From assembly GCA_904063045.1 (NCBI GenBank), contig CAJFCJ010000071.1, positions 56,245 to 120,244 of the forward strand: DNA of 64,000 nt, given 5' to 3'. This DNA comes from Dimorphilus gyrociliatus (taxonomy: Eukaryota > Animalia > Annelida). Below are positions 35,770-47,559 of this stretch, in pieces (position 1 is the first letter of the stretch; every line of letters begins with the position of its first letter). The position numbers and the translations under genes were made by a program. Under the pieces are notes generated by a model. The model did no database searches. It saw only the letters and a list, made by a program, of their open reading frames with translations, and was not told where the DNA came from.

Positions 35770-38700
35770 AAAAGTCAAATGTCAATTATTTGCAAACAAC
35801 TTCAAAGATCTAAAAATACGTTCAATTTAAATCATGTAATTTAAATGAAAAACAGACTGAAGAAATTGGATATTTACTTCAAAATTGTTTAAATTTAAGA
35901 GAAATAGACTTGGGAAGAAATGATCAAATGGGAAATGGCATTTTAAAAATTTGTGATGGACTTCAAAATTCTTCAGAATTTTTGGAAAAACAATCTTTTT
36001 CATTATGTAGTTTGAGTGAAAAAATTGGACAGTTGCTGAGGAATTGCTCTAATATAAAAGCTATAAACTTGGAAGGAAATGCTGAAATGGGAAATGGTAT
36101 ATTTGAAATTTGTAATGGACTGCAAAACTCTTCAGATAGTTTGAAAGAACTTATCTTACATACATGTGAATTAAGTGAAGAACAAAGTAAGGCAATTAGA
36201 GATTTGTTAGAAAATTATCAAGAATAAAATTGATATACTTGGGAAGCAATAAAGAAATGGGAAATGGCACATTAAATATTTGCAATGGGCTTCAAAACTG
36301 CACAAATACTTTGGAAAAGCTTTCTTTTTGCCTATGTGATATAAATGAAGATCAATGTAAAACACTTGGAGATTTGTTATACAACTGCTCTAATATAAAA
36401 GTTTTAAACTTGGAAGAAAATACTGAAATGGGAATTGGTATATTTGATATTTGTGATGGACTACAAAACTCTACAGATACATTGAGTTCTCTTTCTTTAT
36501 GCTCCTGTAATTTAAAGATAGAACATACTAAAAAAATTAGAGATTTGTTAAAGAATTGCTCAAACATAAAAGTCATAAACTTATCAGAAAATACAGAAAT
36601 GGAAAAGAAATAATAAGTGTTTGTGAGGAACTTCAAAATTCTTCAGCTACTCCGGAGACAATTATTCTCAGCTCATGTGATTTGAATGACGAAAAAGCTG
36701 AAGCAATTGGAAATTTGTTAAAAATATGTTCAAAAATAAAATCTATAAACTTGGCAGGAAATGAAGAAATGGGAAATGGAATATTCAATATTTGTGATGG
36801 ACTTCAGAATTCTGCATATACATTGGAAAAATTTCATTTTGAGTTTTGTAATTTAAGTGAAGAACATTGTAAAACAATTGGAAATTTACTTCAAAGTTGT
36901 AAAAATATAAGAGTTGTAACATTAGCAGGAAATAAAAGAATGTATAATGGTATATTCAATATTTGTAAAGGACTCAAAATTCTGCAGACAAACTTAAACT
37001 TCTTTCTTTTGAGTCATGTGATTTAAGTGAAAATCAAATTCAAGATATTGCATGTTTGCTAAAAAAGTGCTCAGCTGTAAAAATCAAAAACTATACAGTA
37101 AATGCAGAAATCAGAAATCGAATATTGAACATTTATGAAGACCTGCAAATTTTTCAAAAACATTAAAAGAGCGTTTTTAAAATCATATAATATCCATGAA
37201 AAAGAAAGTAAAGTAATTGGAAGTTTGCTAAAAAATTGCTCAAATATAGAAATAGTATACTTAAGAGGAAATACTGGAATGGGTAATGGTGTATTGGATA
37301 TTTGCAAAGGACTTTGTAATTGTTTAAAGACTTTAAAGGAAGTTGTTTTGATATCCTGTTATTTAAATGAAAATCAAAGCAAAACTGTTGGAAATTTGCT
37401 AAAAATTTGTTCAAATGTAAAAGTCATAGACTTGACAGATAATGCTGATATGGGAAATGGGTTGTTGAATATTTGTCATGGACTGCAAAATTCTTCAAAT
37501 ACTTTAAAACAACTTTGTTTTTCTTCATGTAATTTAGATGAAGAACAAGGTAAAGCAATTGGAGATTTGTTAGTTAATTGTATAAATATAGAGATTATTG
37601 ATGCAGAAATGGGAAATGGGTTATTGAATATTTGTGATGGACTTTGAAACTCTACAAATACATTGAAAGCTCTTGATTTTGAGTCATGTAATTTAAATGA
37701 TGACCAATGTAAAGCCATTGGAGATTTGTTAAAGAATTGCTCAAAAATACTATATATAAACTTGGAGGGAAATACAGAGACTGGAAATGGAATGTTGGAA
37801 ATATTTGATGGACTTCAATCTTCATTCAATACTTTGGAAGTTCTATTTTTATCTTTATGTAATTTGAATGAAGAGCAGAGTAGAGCAGTTAGCTTTTTGC
37901 TCAAACACTGCCCAAATATAAAAAAATTAAAAATAGGAGGAAATGAAGAAATGGGAAATAGCTTATTAGATATTGTTGAAAGACTTCAATACTGTACAAA
38001 TGCAATGGAAGAGCTTTGCTTATCCTCATGTAGCATAACTGAAGAGCAAAGTAAAGCATTCGGTGGTTTGTTCAAGAATTGCTCAAATATAAGATTATTA
38101 AGATTGGAAAGAAATCCTGAAATGGGAATTGGCATTATGGATATTTGTGATGGTCTTCTAAACTCTTCAAATACTTTGAAAGTACTATCCTTAATGTGGT
38201 GTATTATAAATGAAGAACAAAGTAAAGCAATTGGAGATTTGTTAAAGAACTGCTCAAATATAAATATAATAGACTTGGGAGGAAATGTAGAAATGGGAAA
38301 TGGAATATTCAATATTTGTGATAGACTTCAAAACTCTTCAGATAGTTTGGAAGAACTTATCTTATGTTCATGTGATATAAGGGAAGAACAAAGTAAGACA
38401 ATTGGAGATTTGTTAAAGAATTCCTCAGGTATGTATGTAATAAACTTGGGAGGAAATACAGAAATGGGAACTGGCTTTTTGAATATTTGTGATGGGCTTC
38501 AAAGTACTTAGCATTCTCTGAAGGAACTTTATTTTTGTTCATGTAATTTAGATGAAGCACAAAGTCATGCAATTGGAGATTTGTTAGAGAATTGCATAAA
38601 TATAGAGTGTATTGACTTGAGAGGAAATGAAGAAATGGGATATGGGTTAGTGAATATATTTTATGCAATCAAAACTGTGCAAAAATATTAAAAAACATAC

Positions 38701-38800
38701 TTTTAAGCTCATTTATTTTAAATAATGAACAAAGAGAAGCAAAGGGATATTTACTTAGGCATTGCCCAAGTGTTAGGGTTACAATGAAGGAAGCGAAACC
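35770..38800 (+). pseudogene. Long ribonuclease-inhibitor-type LRR array (roughly 17 units of 57 aa), multiple frameshifts and stops; no N-terminal domain identified
   Basis: Recurrent CNLxEEQSKAIGDLLKNCSNIxxIxLxGNxEMGNGIxxICDGLQNSSxTLxxLxLxxC unit across consecutive ORFs. Confidence 0.9.
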
Positions 38801-39988
38801 ATAGAATATTTGTCCAAAAGAATAAACTTAACTGAAAGATTGTTAAGTTTCATTTGTGTAATTTTCTGTTGATTTATAGAATTTTTTTTTTTGGTAAAAA
38901 ATTTCAAGTCCAACCCAACACAGTATTAGATTTTGGACTCGGATAAAATTTTGACATGAAAAATGTTATTTAAAACTGACTTTTCAAATATATATTTCAA
39001 GTCCAAACTGGAGGTTAAATCACCCTTTACCTTAGATTCAGTGGTATTTCATGAGCAGGTAATGAATATGGTTTTGGACCGCCCCATGCAAAGAGGATTA
39101 GCCATATATGTACAGAGGAAGAAACATAGAATTGATTCTAGCTCTTCCTTTGATACATTTTATGAAATGTGACTTACTTGATTGTTATACCTGTGATTAT
39201 CTTATGGCTACCCTCTAATTATTGTTGAACGTAAGGTCGGATGCTAGTGACAGTGTCTAAGGCTGCCAATTTGACAGCCAACTTCACCTACCATGATCTT
39301 CAGAACTCCATAGCTCTGCCACTGCTTGGCCGATTTGGCTGAAATTTTGTACAGTGGTTCAGTTCAATTGATATAGTCCTGTAGAAAATGTCATTAGAAT
39401 CAGAGCAAGTTTAATTTTCAACTTGTGTCAGTGGTCGACTTACTTTTCTGACCACCAAAAAGGTGATTTGTAGCGAACTAAGTATATATCCTCTGATATA
39501 GTAAGTCTATCAGAAGATCAGTCTAGTGAAAATCAAACCAGGCACTTTTTCATTCACTTGAAAAGGGTCAATAGACCCAAAATATTGTGAGGTTTTTATG
39601 AATTGTTAAGTTATTGTGATACAAGTTCTCTTCACCTTTGTTGAGAGTTTGTATTTGGTTAAGCTAAAATGCCGATTGGAATTGCCTTTCCAACAATAAT
39701 TATTATTGGAACCTCATTCATATTATGGCTTGCATATGAAAGAAGATCTAGCAAACTTACTAGGAAAAGACTTTGGAAATACTTAGAAAGAAGGAAAGCT
39801 CAACCCACAGCTCCAGATATTCAACAAGAGGAACTACAGATCCCAACATACTCAAATTAACATTTTTAGTGAATGTTCAAATTCTTTACAATCATCATTT
39901 TATTCACTATTCAGCAGTATTGCATACACAATACTACTCTAGACAACATGCATTAACCAGACATACTTCCTCCTTATATACTCATCCT

Positions 39989-41870
39989 TCAATTATTTTT
40001 ATCTAACAAAATGACTGTTACTTCACACAAATTCACATCATTAGCAGCGTATTTTTGGTAATTTTTTACAATTTGTAAATGATGAATTTCTCCAAATTTA
40101 CAAATATATTTACATAGTTTAATAGAAAATTGTGAATTTTCAAAACCATGAAAGGGACATTGAATGAGTGATTGACTACCACAATTTTCATTATTATCTT
40201 CCTTATAAATCATAATATCTTGACAATCGAATGGATATTTATTCTCTTTAAACCATAGATTAACTTGCATAGAACTATTTGCCAAACTTTCTGTTAAATT
40301 GAATATTGGATGAACAAGTTTGTAAATTATTATCAACAATATCTTGATTATTTGATTGAAGAAAATCCTTTTTAGCAAAACAAGTCATTTTACCAAATGT
40401 TAATTCAACTTGTGATGTTTCATTATCATTAAATATTTTACTAACACAAACTTGTAAGATTGGTAAATCATTTGTTGATAAATTTATAGACCCAGTATAA
40501 CTTCCATTAAAGTTATCTATACATTTACACTTGGTAAATTGATCATGAAAGCAACTTTCTTTTCCATCTAAAAATTTTAATGTTTTCTTATTTGAAGCAA
40601 AGATTACTCCTTCAATATTTTCTGATTTATAATTTTTACAGAAAATAGTAAGGTATTGTTTGCAAAAAAAGCTGTTAGCTGCCAAATGATATTTCAATTT
40701 TCTAAAGATTAAATTGCTTGTACTACAAAACAAAAAACAAAACAAGGAGAAAATGGTGAATCAATTTATTTTGAAAGGTTTTTACCTGGGGAAATAATGA
40801 CTTTCAGCACATTGGTCAGTTGATATTGGATTGTACATCTTTTTACCATTACTTAATGATACCACATCAGATGATTTTATATAACTTGTTGCAGAATCAC
40901 AAACAATTTGGTTGGGTTTTAATCTACGACCAATTGCTTTAATTTCATTCAAACCATGAAATATCTGATTATTGCTCTTATAAAATAGAAATCTAAGAAA
41001 TTTTGTTGTCAATTTTGTTTGTAATGATGTAAATAAACTAGATTTATTTACAATCATTTCAATTAAATTCTCATCAGATTTTATAGTTATAGTATCAATT
41101 TCATTTTCAATTGGCTGTTTTACAATAATATGTTCAATTAAGTATCTATCATGAAATTTTATTTCAATAAATATATTTTCATCAGTTGCCAATGGTTTCC
41201 ACATTTCATCAATATAGACAACAGAATCTTTTATGGCTAATTTACAATTACCAGTTGATGATTGGCAAGTTGAACCACTTTCAATTCTTGAAACATCCCA
41301 TAACATCCAATTATCAATTACATATAAAAAGACAGAGGAATCTTTAAGTTTTGATTCATAAGACCATTCATAACATGATAGAAAATATTTATCAAAGCCA
41401 AGAATTTGAAATTCACCAATTTCTAGATCATTAAATTCTGATTCGCTTACAATTATGTAGATTCTTTTTATAAATGTTACATTAGAAAATTCAATTTCAT
41501 TCCAACCATTTGTAAAGTTATGCTCTAAAACATAATCTTCTGCATCATCTAAAAATGTTAATGTAAAATTCAGTTTTTCGTGTCCATTACGTAATTTCAG
41601 GAAACGTAACATATGCAATTTAAAATGTTCTCCACTTTGAATTCGAAACCATATTTTAATTTGGCTTATATTTTGTCTACCAGCATCAGTCTTATATTTA
41701 AAGGACGTGTCATCAAATAAATTGCCAAATTTATACATTCCCAAGTGTACTGAACCACTTACATCAACATACCTGTGTGGTGAAAGAAGATTTACATAAT
41801 CTTCATAAAATCCAGAGATTAGTGGTACAAATAGTAGTATCGCACTAAAAGATATTTTTGTCATATACAT
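39989..41870 (-). CDS. Secreted protein with tandem F5/8-type C-like domains and a C-terminal Cys domain; one intron (about 40719-40788) and an apparent frameshift near 40290
   Basis: Signal peptide MTKISFSAILLFVPLISG; discoidin-like strands (WKPLATDENIFIEIKF...IEHIIVKQ; GLNEIKAIG); donor ccag/gtaaaa; ends LCEVTVI. Confidence 0.7.
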
Positions 41871-43331
41871 TTATTTTTTCTTCAATTTCTTCAAAGGACA
41901 ATTTTCCAACTAATAAACAGTTTTCTAATATATTGATAATCAATGGTTCAATTCTTCTAGGAATGATTAACAAGTTGAGTATTTATTATTTATGACAAAA
42001 CATGTATGTTTAATAGATGTTTATATTTATTTTATTGACCTAATTTCAGTATATAGACATAGAATTATAGTTTCATATATTTCTCTCAGCCTATCTCATT
42101 TTTAAATAATTAATGATGTGTGTACACTTATAAACTACATCTTTTGAAGATTGTATATTTTTTTGTTACTATATCATAAGATCACTAGAGTAAACATGTG
42201 ATATTGATCAGCATAAACAAGTACATAACTGAGCTAGTTGCTTATAATACTATTGCATAATAAGTGTGTGGTCCTGATGAGCCTTATCTAGGAATTAGAT
42301 CCCTGTGGTTCAATGCCTGTAGTGCATGATAAGAGAATGTATATAAACCAGGGTGTAATTAGGAAAGGTGGTCAGAAAGACTTGATACAACCTCTGTGAA
42401 CCAAGTTGTAAAACTGGCTTCATATTCCTCTCACTATCAATCCTACACCTTTAGCTATCTCACTCATACTTTGGTTCTTATTGGACCCTTACTTACTTAT
42501 AAACCCTAAATAAGAGAGTACTGTGATTGTTAATATAAAATTTGATTATTTAAATATCCATCTGTTTTAAAGAAAGCTTCTTTTTACTTTCTTTATTAAG
42601 TTTGAAAAGAAAAACTGGTTTGATATGAAGAAAACATTTAATGTTCTATTTTCTATGCCCTATCCTCAATTTGCGCTATGTAAAATATGCTGAGTCATAT
42701 ATTGGTTAACAAATTTTATAATTAAATTTTTCTACAATTGACCTTCACCTTTGAATTGATAAAATGTTAGAGATTATAAAAATCTATTATTATCAACTTA
42801 TGAAATAAAAATATCAATGTTCAAAGGTGATAAGAAATTTCTTAAGAGTTCAGTATCCTCTAAATTTGATAAACTAAATTTATTTAATATTTTAAGATGA
42901 AACATAAAACAAAGCAATTGATGTCAATTTCCAATTATCACTATATAGACTATGACTGGTTTCTATTGATAGACTGTCTCCCTGTTCCAATTTTAATAAT
43001 CCTCCTCTGCTCATAATCTCAGTAGCTGCTCTACTCCTTAGCCTTTGCATACCTAATTTTTGTTCATTATATACCATAATATATACTACGCATTGTGAAA
43101 ATGGCCATGTTCCAACAGATATATCAATATAATATAAACCGGAAATGGAAACTTTATAAGAATTTTCTATAGAATTCCAACCAGAATTTGTATCATAAAC
43201 AATTTGTTGATAGGCAATTTTAACCCTTTGGGTTGTTTGTAAATTTTCTGTTCTATAGGCATAAAATGCTGGACGTTGTTCAGTAGCATTGAGTTTAAAT
43301 CCTGATATATAAGTATACAATGATGTTGATC
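41297..43331 (-). repeat. Inverted duplication (2,035 bp) of 59756-61790
   Basis: Both copies have the same length and differ only at scattered SNPs (e.g. DAGRQ/DASRQ, YIMVYNE/YIMVNNE). Confidence 0.97.
42892..43331 (-). pseudogene. Orphan last C1q domain of the 58242 gene, carried by the duplication
   Basis: Near-identical to the last 142 aa of ORF 58528-60195; lacks all upstream domains. Confidence 0.9.
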
Positions 43332-44379
43332 AAAAATTTTCTTTTGGATGTCAATATACTTTTTCTTTTGATGTTTGTAAATCCTTTTTTCTGACAGTAA
43401 TTTCTCATAAACTGCAATCAACTCAGACTCTTTTTTTTAGTTCATCAACCAGCATGTAAAAAGACCCTTTAGCAGGTAGCTTACTGTTCATTCTTTCATG
43501 CCATCCTTCACAATCATTATTGGTCCTAATAGACAAACCAAAAACTGACCAGTTATTTGGTTTCCATAATTTATTTTTGATCCAGTTTGTTTGGAAGTAT
43601 TGCAGCAGGTCTAAAAATTTATTTTTTTCACAAAGTTCTGCATTTATACTGTCAAATGTTGGTTGAATAATATGTGCTGGCAAGAATGGCAGAGCCATCA
43701 ATTTTCTGAAATCTTTCCAATCATTTCCTTTTTCTTTGTATTTCTTTACATAGCCAAGAGCCTATTCAATAATATAAGTTATTCAATAGATAATGTTATA
43801 TATATTTGAATGTAACTAACTTGTATTTTCCTATACACTGCTTGTGTGAAATGAAATATGCAACCTTGAAATTCAGTGAGGGGATATACTTTTGATAATG
43901 CTTTCCATAGTCCTTTTTCAAAGTCCATTGTAATTCTTTTTGGATGAAAATCATTGATAAGATTGTTGATATGCTAGAAGAAAGCAACTTTATTTATCAT
44001 CACTTTTGAAGAGATAATATGAAATATTTACCTGAAATTTTTGTAAGTATGCTTTGCTATGCTTTGATGTCAGGAAAATAAAAACAAGAGGAACTTGCTT
44101 CATATCACCACTCTTCTTAACAAATGAGTGAATAGTGACAAGTTGATAAAATGCTTCTTTTACAATCTTGAAAGCACCATCAATGTACCAACAGTTGGAT
44201 TTTGATAATAAATTCAGCTGATGGTTTGTTGCAAAGATTAAAATTCTTTCTCCATTTTCACAAATATCTTTCTGCAAAATTTCATCAGGCAAAAATGTTT
44301 CATCTAAATTAAAGTTATACAGGTACATTCGCACCCACCCAGGGTACGTTCGCACCCAGGAACGTTCGCACCCGACCCC
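43332..44379 (-). mobile_element. Internally deleted MULE (GGGTGCGAACGTACC family): TIR joined to transposase core, truncated at the duplication junction
   Basis: gtacgttcgcaccc repeats ending gacccc; WYIDGAFK, IVMDFEK, VAYFISH, RTNNDCEGWHERMN; introns at the same positions as the 13.6-kb copy. Confidence 0.88.
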
Positions 44380-44419
44380 CAAAAACACACCTCACCAACT
44401 TAACAAGCATATAGTGTTT

Positions 44420-44893
44420 TGTACAACTTTGGTTATATTTTACATGCTTGAACTCTATTATTTTATGCAACTTATATATGTACATCTTAAAACCTATGCA
44501 AGAAAATGCTATAACATTGGCCAAACATAAGTCTGATTAGTCAGCTTGAAGGCTCATCTTTAATTACCAATAAAGGTTGGGCCAAGTTATAATTTAATTA
44601 ACTTGCCTAGGGTGTAGCCAAGTTATAATTCAATTAACCTCCTAAATCTTGAACCTTGTAACATCCCGTTACTAAACATAAATATGAACTACACATTTTG
44701 GCAACTGTAAAGTGATGATTGGATATCAGAGGCAAACCTCAAAGTATATAAATCCTCACTATTCTCATTTTGCATGCAGCTTCCATCTGGATCAAAGGAC
44801 CTGGGAAGATAGCCTGGAAACAACCTCCACTGGAACCATCCATCTACTCCTCAACATTGAAAGACAGTTTGGTAATTTGGCAACCTGCTATTA
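44420..44893 (+). repeat. 3'-truncated LTR of the Gypsy family
   Basis: Aligns to 4606-about 5080, then diverges after caacctgctatta. Confidence 0.93.
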
Positions 44894-45231
44894 AGAACTA
44901 AAAATAACTCTTTCAAGATTCTATTAGTTTGAGTACTTTGGCAAATTGGTGAATGATTGGAAAGGACCATTACAGTTGTGACGAACCAGAAATTCTGACT
45001 ACTGTAGTCTCTGACAATAGCCAATTGTGTTGCAGCATGCCAAATTAACATTGAATTATGCTTAGACATTCAAATATTTAGTTAAGACAATCAAACTTTT
45101 TTTGCATTATTCACCCAGGCACAAAATGTTTTATTTTTATTTTATTATTATAGTATTCTTATTAAAAATAACAAAAACAAGGAATAGAGGTGAAACTGAA
45201 ACTAAAAATAGAAAAATTCCATATTGTCAAA

Positions 45232-46716
45232 ATGGCGACCAAACAATATACTCTGCATGAAAATGAAGTGGAATGTTCAATTTGCTTTGAATCTTTAGTT
45301 GGAAGAGATCAAAGAATGCTACCATGTCAACATACATATTGTCTTGAATGCATTCAACAACTCAGAATTGAAAATAGTGCAATTTGTTGTCCTCAATGTA
45401 GACAAAATATGAAAATAAAAAATGGAGATATTAATCAACTTCAACATAATCGAATTATAAAATCTGTAATTGATATTAACAAGGAGCCCAGCTTATGCAA
45501 ATATCATGCCAAAAAGTCAGATATTTATTGCCAAACACATAATATTCAAGGTTTATGTACTTCATGTTTGGATGAAAACCATGAGTCTTGTCAAGTTTTC
45601 TCAATGGAAAAATATCAAAAACCGGAGGAACAATTCCGAATAATTTTAGATCAAGACCAAAAGAAAATGACTGAGATTTTTAATAAAATTAATGAACATG
45701 AAAGAAAATCAATAGAAAAAATAAAAAACAAATACAACATTTTGAGGGATAAATTTACAGAGTTGAATAAACTTAGGATTCAATTTTATAAAAAATTCAC
45801 AACTGAACACAAAAAACTGGAAAATTTATTAATTAACTCCAAGAAAACCAAGAATGAAGAAATAGAAATATATTTAGATTTTCAAGTTGATTATGATTTT
45901 TTCAAATGTTTTGATATGAACATTAAAAATGCAGAAAAAGATTTAACAGATAATCAATTCAAAGCATTATCAATGTTGAAAAAACACTTAGAAAATGAAA
46001 AAATTGAAATATTTAACAAACCAATAATTTGTAATAATGTGAAAGATTTGGCAAATCTAATGAAATCCAGAATTAAACCAATTAATTTAGATTTTAAAGA
46101 AATTAATTTAAACAGTGAAAAAACTGAAGATATTAGTAATTTACTAAAACATTGTTCCACAATAGAAACAATAAATTTAGCTGGTAATAAAGAAATGGAT
46201 GAAGGAATATCACTTATTTGTGAAGAACTGAAGATGTCATCAAACACCTTGAAAAATCTTGATTTCCATAATTGTAATTTACAGAGACAACAATGTAGAG
46301 ATATTGGAAATTTACTAAAACATTGTTCTTCAATAGAAACAATAGATTTATCAAGGAATCCAGGAATGAATGAAGGAATATCACTTATTTGTGAAGGACT
46401 AAAGATGTCATCAAACACCTTGAAAAATCTTGATTTCTGTAATTGTAATTTACAGAGACAACAATGTAGAGATATTGGAAATTTACTAAAACATTGTTCC
46501 ACAATAGAAACAATAAATTTAGCTGGTAATAAAGAAATGGATGAAGGAATATCACTTATTTGTGAAGGACTAAAGATGTCATCAAACACCTTGAAAAATT
46601 TTGATTTCCATAATTGTAATTTACAGAGAGAACATAGAGATATTCAAAAGTTACTAAAACATTGTTCCAAATTAAAAACAATAGATAGCAAGTCTGGAAT
46701 TTGCACAATCAGTTGA
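45232..46716 (+). CDS. Intronless TRIM-like protein: RING - B-box2 - coiled coil - RI-like LRRs (494 aa from ATG 45232)
   Basis: C3HC4 RING CSICFESL...PCQHTYCLECI...CPQCR; B-box CKYH...YCQTH...LCTSCLDENH; Lys/Glu-rich coiled coil; 57-aa LRR units; caaaATGGcg start context. Confidence 0.92.
   Translation: MATKQYTLHENEVECSICFESLVGRDQRMLPCQHTYCLECIQQLRIENSAICCPQCRQNMKIKNGDINQLQHNRIIKSVIDINKEPSLCKYHAKKSDIYCQTHNIQGLCTSCLDENHESCQVFSMEKYQKPEEQFRIILDQDQKKMTEIFNKINEHERKSIEKIKNKYNILRDKFTELNKLRIQFYKKFTTEHKKLENLLINSKKTKNEEIEIYLDFQVDYDFFKCFDMNIKNAEKDLTDNQFKALSMLKKHLENEKIEIFNKPIICNNVKDLANLMKSRIKPINLDFKEINLNSEKTEDISNLLKHCSTIETINLAGNKEMDEGISLICEELKMSSNTLKNLDFHNCNLQRQQCRDIGNLLKHCSSIETIDLSRNPGMNEGISLICEGLKMSSNTLKNLDFCNCNLQRQQCRDIGNLLKHCSTIETINLAGNKEMDEGISLICEGLKMSSNTLKNFDFHNCNLQREHRDIQKLLKHCSKLKTIDSKSGICTIS
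46150..46690 (+). repeat. 171-bp tandem repeat encoding the 57-aa LRR units
   Basis: cattgttc unit starts at 46150, 46321, 46492 and 46660 (171, 171, 168 bp). Confidence 0.95.
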
Positions 46717-46897
46717 TATAAATGAAATAGAAAGTAAAGTAATTGGAAGTTTGCTAAAAAATTGCTCAAATTTAGAAAAACTAAATTTAAGAGGAAATAC
46801 TAGAATGGATAATGGTGTAATGAATATTTGTGAAGGACTTTGTAATTCTACAAAGACATCAAAGGAATTTGTTTTGAAATCCTGTTATTTAAATGCT
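46715..46897 (+). pseudogene. Out-of-frame extra LRR unit downstream of the TRIM-LRR stop
   Basis: ESKVIGSLLKNCSNLEKLNLRGNTRMDNG...SCYLN; closely similar at DNA level to 37190-37367. Confidence 0.85.
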
Positions 46898-47559
46898 CCT
46901 TTTCCCATCAAACCAGATGATCCTGTTATCACAACTTTCATATCTTCTTCTGAGTATTATTCCTCCTTATACAAACTGCTGGGATAAATTAGAGCTTAAA
47001 ATCAAAATTAACCTTCTGCAAATGCAATTTCACATATATTGATCAGATCTATTATATAATAAATCAAATATATTCAACTAGAATGTATATAGCGTATTGA
47101 CCTACTTTCTCCTAATCTATAGTGCCTAGATTGGCTTGATAAAAATTTTCTAATGATTTTATTAAGAAATCTACAAGATTGCGATAATAGAAATAGAGAT
47201 AAATGAATTCTTTTTTCAACAACATTCGAGCCTTTATGCTCAAATAATAATAAAAAATAATTTCTATATTCACCTGCACTGAAAATCAAAATGGCTGCCA
47301 ATATGGAGATTGATCTAAATGTTTACTACTTGAATTTTTTTATTGACTATCTTCTAAAGGAAATAAATAATATAAAATAAAAAAGTTTAGTTTTTGTGGA
47401 ATAATTCGATGAATAAAGCTATTTTTTGACGATGATATAGTAGACGTTTTCATTTATGGCCGTTTTCAACAGGACCCGTGGAGATTTTAATGCTTGTTTG
47501 GCTAAGATAAAAGAGAATAAAGGTCTTAAATACATTAATGTTAATTACAAATCCACCAG

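Noticed and set aside
39230-39560. Higher-GC stretch with ccgatttggctgaaattttg, possibly a SINE or Helentron-type repeat
   Set aside because: Single copy in the window with no termini or TSD I could define
42264-42330. ctgatgag followed by a small hairpin as a possible hammerhead ribozyme (also in the duplicate near 60800)
   Set aside because: No GAAA core after stem II and no complementary stem I
45190-45231. ORF-track GTG start of the TRIM-LRR (and other GTG/TTG starts)
   Set aside because: Eukaryotic locus; the ATG at 45232 has a typical start context
45954-46589. Long antisense ORFs over LRR genes (also 36352, 37476, 37986, 6599, 7118)
   Set aside because: Antisense shadows of repetitive coding sequence with no domain signal
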